A stretch of 14,602 nucleotides of DNA, from contig JARGGI010000024.1 of NCBI GenBank assembly GCA_029210775.1, forward strand, positions 1 through 14,602, in the 5' to 3' direction. The DNA is from Patescibacteria group bacterium. GTDB taxonomy: Bacteria; Patescibacteriota; Minisyncoccia; JAHIHE01; JAGLIN01. Numbering within the stretch: position 1 is the stretch's first letter; each line of letters starts with the position of its first letter. The notes beneath the pieces were generated by a model. The model saw nothing but the letters and a program-made list of their open reading frames with translations. It was not told the origin of the DNA and ran no database searches. This document shows positions 6,800-14,602 of this stretch, piece after piece. The position numbers were made by a program, and so were the translations under genes.

Positions 6800-6828
6800 A
6801 TAATATCAATTTTATGTATATACGTCAA
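6800..6828 (-). promoter_or_regulatory. Sigma70-like promoter TTGACG-17-TATTAT (minus strand)
   Basis: -35 at 6828..6823, -10 at 6805..6800, exact 17-nt spacer. Confidence 0.5.
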
Positions 6829-7004
6829 TAGTATAGTAAGTAGTTATTTAGAGTCATTTTTAGGTGTTATCCACAGGTAAGCTTTTTTGTTGAATAGATA
6901 AGTTTATCAAATCACATTAATTAAATGACATTGATTTTTAAGATGATATTGTGATCCAAGATGACAACTTTAAAATATTTTTGATTTGAGGAAATTTACT
7001 TTAT

Positions 7005-7357
7005 TTATTTTGCTAAAACAAGTTTAATTGTGATTTGTGTTCCAACATCTTTCATACTTTCGAGATAAATTTTGCCATTCATAGTTCAATAATTTGTTTT
7101 GTAATCCAAAGCCCCAAACCAGTCCCTGTGATTTTAGCAGTTTTTTCATTTTGAACCCTGTGGAATTTCTCAAAGAGATGTTTTTGTTCTTCGGCAGCCA
7201 TTCCAATTCCAGTGTCTGCAATTTTAAGCTCTAATTTATCATCTGCAACTTTTATTGTAATTTTTATACTTCCTTTTTCTGTATATTTTATAGAATTACC
7301 AATCAAATTTATAAGTGCTTGTTTCAATTTTTCTTTATTAGCAATGACTAATGGCAA
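7005..7357 (-). pseudogene. Sensor histidine kinase remnant (HATPase_c domain only, frameshifted)
   Basis: N-box LINLIGNSIKYT, G1 box DTGIGM and G2 box GTGLGLWITKQIIEL, then a stop. The expected continuation MNGKIYLESMKDVGTQITIKL is in another frame (7081..7005). There is no intact HisKA or sensor region upstream, only stop-interrupted fragments up to about 7470. Confidence 0.75.
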
Positions 7358-7573
7358 TTTTGCTTATATTTTTTATTCCGTTAATTGTTGAACCGGAACT
7401 TACGATAGAGTCGTTTATTTTTATTAAAAAAGAAATCGTGTTAAATGTTTGTGCTAATAAAAAATTGACGCTGAACATCAATAAGAAGATAATTTGAAAT
7501 ATAATCGAATCTAAAAAATATGCAATATTGTTTTTTGTTTAAATACATTCATATTTTTATTTTATTAATTTCT

Positions 7574-7691
7574 TTGAATTACAAAATAGCTAAATTTGTC
7601 ATAGTGAGCTTGTCAAACTATGACAAATTTGACACATTTTCCACCCTTCGACAAGCTCAGGGTGACAAATATATTGAATTTCGTAATTTAA
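7574..7691 (-). mobile_element. MITE-like palindromic element (family B), copy 3 (inverted orientation)
   Basis: Its reverse complement is 114/118 identical to copy 2, with one mismatch in each TIR. Confidence 0.85.
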
Positions 7692-7792
7692 GGTAATTTA
7701 TATTTATTAATTTAAAAAAACAAAAGTTTATGTCAGAGACACTTTTTGTTTTAGTAAATTTTGAGTTTTTATAATTGTAATTTTGTTGAATG

Positions 7793-8710
7793 TTATAACC
7801 ATTTTTTATATTTGAAAAAAATAAATGAAAAAGAAGTAACAACAATCATCATAAACAAAACAGTCCAAAAACCAAGAGGTTGACTTTCAAAAGGCATTCC
7901 ATTCGTTATATTCATTCCAAAGACATTCGCCATAAGGGATAAGGGAAGCATAATAACAGAAAATGCGGTCAATATTTTCATTGTATCGTTAAGTTTGTAG
8001 GAAAGTAATGATTCATTTGTATGTTCAAGGGCTTCAATCATCTCTTTGTGATTTTCGAGCGTGTTCCAAACTTTTATATTTGAACCAATTACTTCAGCAG
8101 AAAGACGAGTTAGGTTTTCGTCAGTTATTTTGTAAATGTTTCTTGAAAGACTTTCTAAGATCATCCTTTGGGGTTTAATTGTTCTTCTGAAGCTGATTAT
8201 GTCGTGTTTTACAATTGCAATTTCACTAACCATTTTTTTCTCATCTCCATTAAATATTCCTTCGTCAATGTCGTTTATACGATCATCGACATGATCGAGC
8301 ATTGGCATTCTTGTGTCAATTAATTTATCTAATATTTTGAATGTGAGCTCAACGGCACTATTTTTTAGGTAGTAATTTTTTACTTGTTCATTTGAATTAC
8401 ATTTTTCAAATATTTTTTTAAGCTCAGGGAGTAAGCCAGAGTGACTTGTGATTAGCGTGTTTTTAAACAGGATTATATCTAGTTCTGTTGAAGTTGTTTT
8501 TCTTAACTTTTTATTAAATATAGGAAAGTGAATTACAATAAATAAGTATTTATTGTAAGTTTCAACTTTTGGTCTTTTGATTTTTGGAACATACTCTTTT
8601 AAAATTGATGGGCATATCTCAAAATCTTTCTTTAGAAAGTCAATAGTGTCTTTGTTCGGATTTATAACATCAATCCATTTGATATTATTGTTTGTAATTT
8701 TTTTTTTCAT
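7793..8710 (-). CDS. corA: CorA-family magnesium/cobalt transporter
   Basis: Cytoplasmic N-terminal domain plus two C-terminal TM helices with the GMN signature (ANVFGMNI). ATG at 8710; the ORF-track start at 8719 is TTG. Confidence 0.9.
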   Translation of the reverse strand: MKKKITNNNIKWIDVINPNKDTIDFLKKDFEICPSILKEYVPKIKRPKVETYNKYLFIVIHFPIFNKKLRKTTSTELDIILFKNTLITSHSGLLPELKKIFEKCNSNEQVKNYYLKNSAVELTFKILDKLIDTRMPMLDHVDDRINDIDEGIFNGDEKKMVSEIAIVKHDIISFRRTIKPQRMILESLSRNIYKITDENLTRLSAEVIGSNIKVWNTLENHKEMIEALEHTNESLLSYKLNDTMKILTAFSVIMLPLSLMANVFGMNITNGMPFESQPLGFWTVLFMMIVVTSFSFIFFKYKKWL

Positions 8711-8746
8711 TTTTGTCAATATAAATATAAATGCGAATTTATTTAT

Positions 8747-8906
8747 ATTATAACGATTTTTTAGATAATTGACAAATTATTAGGGCTCTACACTAATAAC
8801 TGTTGTGGATAACTAAAGAAGTGGTAGAATTATATTGATAAATTAACAATTTACACCACTCGTATGAAAAATTTTATCAAATATCAATTCTCAGATAAGA
8901 ACGATT
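8747..8906 (-). repeat. 160-bp promoter-bearing repeat module (module C), copy 2, upstream of corA
   Basis: Inverted copy of 1860..2019. The minus-strand promoter TTGTCA (8775..8770)-17-TATAAT (8752..8747) sits at the same offset as in copy 1. Confidence 0.75.
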
Positions 8907-9012
8907 TAACGATGATGTTCCGCAGAGAGTCTAATATAAGATTGGTTATGATACTGAACAGAGGATAAGAATTACCCAATTGAATTAGTAATTCACTTTT
9001 TTATTATCTACT

Positions 9013-9174
9013 TTAAATTACAAATAGCTAAATTTATCATAGTGAGCTTGTCGAACTATGATAAATTTGATGCATTTTCCATCCTTTGACAAGCTCAGAG
9101 TGACAAATATATTGAATTTCGTAATTCAAGGTATCTACTAATTAATTTTGACCTAATACAAGGTATTGACTCAT
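9013..9174 (-). mobile_element. MITE-like palindromic element (family B), copy 4 (inverted, more diverged) with the 45-bp extension
   Basis: The core 9013..9129 is about 92% identical to copy 1 and has a degenerate left TIR. The extension 9130..9174 matches the reverse complement of 2621..2665 at about 40/45. Confidence 0.75.
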
Positions 9175-9193
9175 ATTTTAAATCCATTATAAT
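9166..9193 (+). promoter_or_regulatory. hrcA operon promoter TTGACT-16-TATAAT
   Basis: TTGACT at 9166..9171 and TATAAT at 9188..9193, immediately upstream of CIRCE. Confidence 0.6.
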
Positions 9194-9197
9194 TAAA

Positions 9198-9224
9198 TTA
9201 GCACTCTAAGTGTGATAGTGCTAA
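9198..9224 (+). promoter_or_regulatory. CIRCE operator (HrcA binding site)
   Basis: TTAGCACTC-taagtgtga-TAGTGCTAA compared with the consensus TTAGCACTC-N9-GAGTGCTAA: one mismatch. It lies between the -10 and the hrcA start. Confidence 0.85.
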
Positions 9225-9233
9225 TAATTGAAT

Positions 9234-9953
9234 ATGAACATGGAAAATAGGTATGAATTAATTTTAAGCTCAGTTGTCAAAGAATATGTTGATTTGGCAA
9301 TTCCCATAAGTTCGTCATTGATTTGTGAAAAATATGAATTTAGTTTAAGTCCTGCGACAATTAGAGCAGTGATGCTGGATCTTGAAAATGATGGATATCT
9401 CTATCAACCTCATACATCAGCAGGAAGAATACCTACAGACAAAGGTTTTAGATATTTTGTAGATGTTTTGATGTCAGAAAGTAATTTGACAAAATGTGAG
9501 CAAAAATCATTGCAAGTTGAAACATTGAAACTGAAGGCACAAAACAAGATGCTTGCTCGAACAACAGCAAAACTTCTTTCAGCAATGTCTGGGAATTTGG
9601 CTATTAGTGGCATTATTGATTCAGAAGAATATTATAAATCTGGTTTGCAAAATTTATTGACTCAACCTGAGTTCAGTAGTTTGGATAGTGTATGTAAAAT
9701 TGCTGAAATAGTTGATTATTTGGATGAAAGCATTGAGAATCTTTCAAGGGAATTAAAAAATAAATCTGAAATTGAAGTGTTTATTGGAAAAGAAAATCCA
9801 ATAAGTAAAGCTGATGAGTGTAGTATGGTCGTTTCAAAATATAATTTAGAAAGTGGAGAAAAAGGATTACTGGCAATTATCGGACCGAAAAGAATGAAAT
9901 ATTCTCATAATGTGTCACTGATTGAATATCTGAAGAAATTACTGGGCGGATGA
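9234..9953 (+). CDS. hrcA: Heat-inducible transcription repressor HrcA (short form, about 239 aa)
   Basis: The conserved N-terminal wHTH signature LSPATIRAVMLDLENDGYLYQPHTSAGRIPTDKGFRYFVD is present. First ATG at 9234 (the ORF track used TTG at 9228). It is shorter than the ~340 aa typical of HrcA. Confidence 0.9.
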   Translation: MNMENRYELILSSVVKEYVDLAIPISSSLICEKYEFSLSPATIRAVMLDLENDGYLYQPHTSAGRIPTDKGFRYFVDVLMSESNLTKCEQKSLQVETLKLKAQNKMLARTTAKLLSAMSGNLAISGIIDSEEYYKSGLQNLLTQPEFSSLDSVCKIAEIVDYLDESIENLSRELKNKSEIEVFIGKENPISKADECSMVVSKYNLESGEKGLLAIIGPKRMKYSHNVSLIEYLKKLLGG

Positions 9954-9977
9954 ACTGAAAGTTTGTAAATGGTGTGA

Positions 9978-10098
9978 TGTCATTACGAGGAGCGATAGCG
10001 ACGAAGTAATATATAGTTTATAGACATAAAATTATCATATAAAGTTAGATAAACTTTTGCACTGGATTGTCACGGTTCTGACGAGCCTCACAGTGATA
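9978..10098. repeat. Two-armed palindromic element between hrcA and grpE
   Basis: Arm 1 is tgtcattacgaggagcgatagcgacgaagtaat (9978..10010). Arm 2 is a degenerate inverted copy, ggattgtcacggttctgacgagcctcacagtgata (10064..10098). The spacer between them is AT-rich. Confidence 0.55.
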
Positions 10099-10295
10099 GT
10101 AAAATTTAAATCAATATAAATCTTAGTAAAAAGATATAAAAAAAGATGTCATTATCATTATTAGTTTTTGAAATATAACCTTAAAATAATAAATATTATT
10201 ACAAAAAATATTGAATAAAAACATATTTTTAGCAACTTATCAACTTTTTACTATTGTTTAAATTTTATTATAATTTAACATTCAAAAAATTATTT

Positions 10296-10808
10296 ATGTC
10301 AACCTCTAAAAAACCAAAAATTAAAAAAGATCAGCAGAAGGATTTTAAAAAAATAGATCAAGATTTAGAAGAATGTAAAAAGCAGGCAGAAGAGAATTTA
10401 ATTGGTTGGCAGAGAGCCAAAGCAGACTTTTTAAATTATAAAAAAGAACAAGAAAAATCAATTGAAGATTTTCGAAAGTATGCAAATGAGGATATAATTA
10501 TAAAACTTTTGCCGACAATAGATAATTTTGAATTGGCGATAAAACATTTACCTGAAGACCTAAAAGATGCTGATTGGACAAAGGGTATGATGTGTATTAA
10601 AAGTCAATTTGATAACTTTTTAAAAGATATTGGCGTGGAAGAAATTCAGTCAATTGGAAGCAATTTCGATCCAAATTTACACGAATCAATTGGAGAAGAA
10701 GAATCTGATAAAGAAGAAGATATTATTGTCGTTGAAATTCAGAAAGGATATAAGCTATTTGGGAAAGTTATTCGTCCAGCAAAAGTAAAAATTTCAAAGA
10801 AAAAGTAA
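10296..10808 (+). CDS. grpE: Nucleotide exchange factor GrpE
   Basis: Coiled-coil N-terminus with the WQRAKADFLNYKKEQEK motif and a beta-domain C-terminus (VVEIQKGYKLFGKVIRPAKV). ATG at 10296 is preferred over TTG at 10254. Confidence 0.92.
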   Translation: MSTSKKPKIKKDQQKDFKKIDQDLEECKKQAEENLIGWQRAKADFLNYKKEQEKSIEDFRKYANEDIIIKLLPTIDNFELAIKHLPEDLKDADWTKGMMCIKSQFDNFLKDIGVEEIQSIGSNFDPNLHESIGEEESDKEEDIIVVEIQKGYKLFGKVIRPAKVKISKKK

Positions 10809-10833
10809 ATATTTATTAATTAATAATAAAATT

Positions 10834-11007
10834 ATGTCAAAGCTATATAAATGTGCAAAGGGATGTGGAAGTATTGAAGAAAATGATAAGGAAAAAGTTC
10901 CAACTTGTTGTGGAGTTGAAATGATTGAAATAAACGAAGAAGAACTATTTAGTTGTCCTGGGTGTAGTGGATGTCATACGGGTTGTCATGGAGAAGAGGT
11001 AAAATAG
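10834..11007 (+). CDS. 57-aa cysteine-rich metal-binding mini-protein (desulforedoxin-like N-terminus, CxxCxxC tail); absent from the ORF track
   Basis: My translation: MSKLYKCAKGCGSIEENDKEKVPTCCGVEMIEINEEELFSCPGCSGCHTGCHGEEVK. It has 9 Cys and 2 His. The YKC..CG...CCG..M pattern recalls desulforedoxin and the Dfx N-terminal domain. It is tightly packed between grpE (25 nt gap) and hsp20. Confidence 0.6.
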   Translation: MSKLYKCAKGCGSIEENDKEKVPTCCGVEMIEINEEELFSCPGCSGCHTGCHGEEVK

Positions 11008-11063
11008 TCTGTATTGTTAATTACATATTTAAATAAACCTAACTAAAAAAGGAGGTGATAAAT

Positions 11064-11492
11064 ATGGATATTATAAAATGGAGTCCATTTAGAGATATTG
11101 ATAAATTTTTTGATCAGGACGATTTTTTTCCTGTTATTCCTGCAATATCTCGAAAATCGAAACCTGCAATAGATATATATCAGACAAAAGAAGATGTTGT
11201 TGCAGAGGTTGCTCTTGCGGGAGTTGATCCGAATGATGTGAAGGTTTCTGTTGAAGATGATGTTTTAACCGTGAAAGGAGAGATGAAAAAAGAAAAAGAA
11301 ACTAAGGAAAAAGATTATTATTGCAAAGAAATCAGATCTGGAAGCTTTATGCGATCTATGAGTTTACCTTCTCATGTAAAAGCTGATAGGGCACAAGCAG
11401 AAAGTAAAAATGGTGTTTTGAAAATTACGATTCCAAAAGATGAAAGAAAGATGTTAAAAGAAATACCTATAAAAATTGTTAATAAGAAATAA
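11064..11492 (+). CDS. Hsp20/alpha-crystallin family small heat-shock protein
   Basis: Alpha-crystallin domain (IDIYQTKEDVVAEVALAGVDPNDVKVSVEDDVLTVKGE ... GVLKITIPK). Strong SD AAGGAGGTGA lies 5 nt before ATG 11064; the ORF-track GTG at 11055 sits inside the SD. Confidence 0.92.
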   Translation: MDIIKWSPFRDIDKFFDQDDFFPVIPAISRKSKPAIDIYQTKEDVVAEVALAGVDPNDVKVSVEDDVLTVKGEMKKEKETKEKDYYCKEIRSGSFMRSMSLPSHVKADRAQAESKNGVLKITIPKDERKMLKEIPIKIVNKK

Positions 11493-11516
11493 CTATCTGA
11501 AATGAACTTAATAGAT

Positions 11517-11577
11517 TAGAGTTCCGACTTATTGAGTCGGATCTCTACATGGTAAAATTATTAATTAGTTTTACCAT
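11517..11577 (+). other. Two adjacent hairpins between hsp20 and dnaK
   Basis: Hairpin 1: tagagttccgact/agtcggatctcta (11517..11547), with an internal 2-nt mismatch. Hairpin 2: atggtaaaa/ttttaccat (11549..11577). There is no clear U-tract. Confidence 0.4.
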
Positions 11578-11604
11578 TTGGAGTAATAATAAATAGTTAA
11601 CTAA

Positions 11605-13551
<1,947 letters not shown>

Positions 13552-13577
13552 TTTTCTTTCAAATTGAATATAAAAAT

Positions 13578-13608
13578 AAAAGACGAGAATTTTCTCGTCT
13601 TTTATTTT
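13578..13608 (+). terminator. Rho-independent terminator after dnaK
   Basis: Stem agacgaga/tctcgtct with loop attt, followed by tttatttt. The A-rich 5' flank makes it potentially bidirectional. Confidence 0.8.
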
Positions 13609-13630
13609 GTCTTGATCAGTAAATAAATTT

Positions 13631-13798
13631 TTAGGATAGAATAAACCTTCTAAGTGGCTCAAACCAGCCCTCTCGAAAACCAGCTTTTACAAATCCAGCC
13701 ATTAGAATTATAAGTAGAACCAACATAAATCTGTTTGCAGCTTTAAGTGGTGATGGTTTTCCTATATAATATGGAGTGCCCCATTTTGATTTTGGCAT
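13631..13798 (-). CDS. Hypothetical 55-aa protein with one predicted transmembrane segment
   Basis: My translation: MPKSKWGTPYYIGKPSPLKAANRFMLVLLIILMAGFVKAGFREGWFEPLRRFILS. It has an ATG start but no SD, and it converges on the dnaK terminator. Confidence 0.3.
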   Translation of the reverse strand: MPKSKWGTPYYIGKPSPLKAANRFMLVLLIILMAGFVKAGFREGWFEPLRRFILS

Positions 13799-13802
13799 AA
13801 TA

Positions 13803-13823
13803 TTAGTGTTTAGTGTTTAGTGT
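13803..13823. repeat. Tandem heptamer TTAGTGT x3
   Basis: Three perfect direct copies at 13803..13809, 13810..13816 and 13817..13823. Confidence 0.7.
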
Positions 13824-13828
13824 TATTC

Positions 13829-13867
13829 TGTCATTGCGAGAAGGAGCTGTGTGACAATATGGCAATC
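13829..13867. repeat. Single GTCATTGC-type palindromic repeat unit
   Basis: tgtcattgcgagaaggagctgtgtgacaatatggcaatc, with attgc/gcaat closing pairs. It is the same unit type as in cysS and at 9978. Confidence 0.55.
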
Positions 13868-13939
13868 TTAAATTTATAATATATGATGTTAATATACAAC
13901 ATTGCATTGTTACTGTTATTTTACATAAAAAAATTGGTA

Positions 13940-13968
13940 TTGACAAGAGCGGGGGTTTGTGATAAGGT
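13940..13968 (+). promoter_or_regulatory. Candidate promoter TTGACA-17-TAAGGT
   Basis: TTGACA at 13940..13945 and TAAGGT at 13963..13968, upstream of the small-ORF cluster. Confidence 0.4.
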
Positions 13969-14023
13969 TTAATTAACGATTTCCACATCGGGGTGGAGAT
14001 TAAAAGAGAGGAGGAAAATTTAA

Positions 14024-14149
14024 ATGTGCAAAATAATAGATGAAAATGGAATGATAGAAGTCGATATTAAAAACGATACTGGATACGGTGGCATAGGCCA
14101 CTTTCAGGCGGTTTTGGATCAGACAGATCCAACAGAAGAAGACTTTTAG
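14024..14149 (+). CDS. Hypothetical 41-aa acidic peptide with strong SD
   Basis: GAGAGGAGGA lies 8 nt before the ATG. My translation: MCKIIDENGMIEVDIKNDTGYGGIGHFQAVLDQTDPTEEDF. I recognise no family. Confidence 0.45.
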   Translation: MCKIIDENGMIEVDIKNDTGYGGIGHFQAVLDQTDPTEEDF

Positions 14150-14403
14150 CCGTTCCAACAAAAAAAGAAGGGCAGATGAGTAGAGAGAAAAATCGTAAGG
14201 GAGGAAATTATGATTATTATTTCTTTACTATCTGCCCTCTAAAAACTCTTTAAAATTTATAAAAAACAAAAAAACGCATTGAATGGCGGTTTTTTTGTTG
14301 AAAAAAAATATTATAGCGTAAAAATAATTTGCCTAATTTCTAAAAAAAGTTCATAATTAATTAAAATATTAAAATATTTTGATTTAAAATAATTAACAAA
14401 AAC

Positions 14404-14602
14404 ATGAAAATACAAAAAGCAAAAAATCCAAAGAATTTAACAAGTTTTGAACAAATGCATTTACCTTGGATTGTTGTTGATGAGTTTATAAAGAAAAATG
14501 AGGAATTTGAAATTATTGTGAAAGTTGGGAAAGTTGATCATCCAATGACATGTGAACATTATGTTAGATGTATTCGGCTTTACATAAATGATCAACAAAA
14601 GG
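14404..14602 (+). CDS. Superoxide reductase (neelaredoxin/1Fe-SOR type), 5' partial, continues beyond the window
   Basis: My translation: MKIQKAKNPKNLTSFEQMHLPWIVVDEFIKKNEEFEIIVKVGKVDHPMTCEHYVRCIRLYINDQQK. It matches the SOR centre-II pattern (E-x-H-[VL]-P ... VKVG ... HPM..EHY[IV].[WC]I.L). There is no N-terminal desulforedoxin domain. Confidence 0.75.
   Translation, partial: MKIQKAKNPKNLTSFEQMHLPWIVVDEFIKKNEEFEIIVKVGKVDHPMTCEHYVRCIRLYINDQQK

Noticed and set aside
6866-6874. Perfect DnaA-box 9-mers, TTATCCACA at 6866..6874 and its complement at 8803..8811, plus TTATCCACC at 1955..1963. These could hint at a replication origin near dnaB.
   Set aside because: There are only three boxes spread over 7 kb, and two of them belong to the duplicated module C. 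There is no clustered box array, no adjacent AT-rich unwinding repeats beyond background, and no dnaA or dnaN nearby. About 0.2 perfect hits are expected by chance, so the evidence is too weak for oriC.
7024-7221. 65-aa ORF overlapping the histidine-kinase remnant.
   Set aside because: It is out of frame with the recognisable HATPase motifs. The true C-terminal continuation (MNGKIYLESMKDVGTQITIKL) is in a third frame. This is an artefact of the decayed gene.
8864-8968. 34-codon ATG ORF (MKNFIKYQFSDKNDL...) inside module C copy 2.
   Set aside because: The start codon and reading frame are not preserved in the other copy of the module (1860..2019), and there is no SD.
2621-9174. CRISPR array, considered because near-identical ~118-bp sequences recur.
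   Set aside because: The copies are kilobases apart, occur in both orientations, are separated by genes rather than uniform spacers, and are internally palindromic with terminal inverted repeats. This is MITE/REP-like architecture, not CRISPR.
9951-9953. Alternative genetic code (UGA as sense, as in some candidate phyla), considered because hrcA is short and ends in TGA.
   Set aside because: Reading through the TGA adds only about 5 codons before TAA. The conserved genes (dnaK, dnaB, cysS, recR, corA) are full length under the standard bacterial code, since the ORF track, which treats TGA as a stop, reports them uninterrupted.

Overview
The window is AT-rich (roughly 30% GC by eye), compact, and dominated by bacterial housekeeping and stress genes. 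That pattern, plus the many short palindromic repeats, fits an uncultivated low-GC bacterium such as a CPR/Patescibacteria-like lineage; this is inference only.

Gene content, left to right:
- a small winged-helix gene that appears frameshifted (-)
- a WecA/TagO-type polyprenyl-phosphate sugar-phosphate transferase (+)
- rplU (+)
- recR, dnaB and cysS (-)
- a decayed histidine-kinase remnant (-)
- corA (-)
- a CIRCE-controlled heat-shock locus, hrcA-grpE-(57-aa Cys-rich ORF)-hsp20-dnaK (+)
- several very small ORFs with strong Shine-Dalgarno sites
- the 5' part of a superoxide reductase gene running off the right edge

I see no recognisable multi-gene defence, CRISPR, toxin or biosynthetic system. 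What stands out is the non-coding and repeat architecture:
1. An 88-bp near-perfect inverted repeat brackets the first 1.8 kb.
2. A 160-bp promoter-bearing module sits upstream of two unrelated genes (rplU and corA).
3. A 118-bp MITE-like family with 14-bp terminal inverted repeats occurs in four copies.
4. TGTCA-initiated palindromic units are inserted in frame into the glycosyltransferase and cysS.
5. A promoter-to-terminator structured RNA candidate lies upstream of cysS.
6. An unannotated desulforedoxin-like Cys-rich mini-protein is embedded in the heat-shock operon, which lacks dnaJ.

All functional calls come from reading motifs in the supplied translations. No database search was run.
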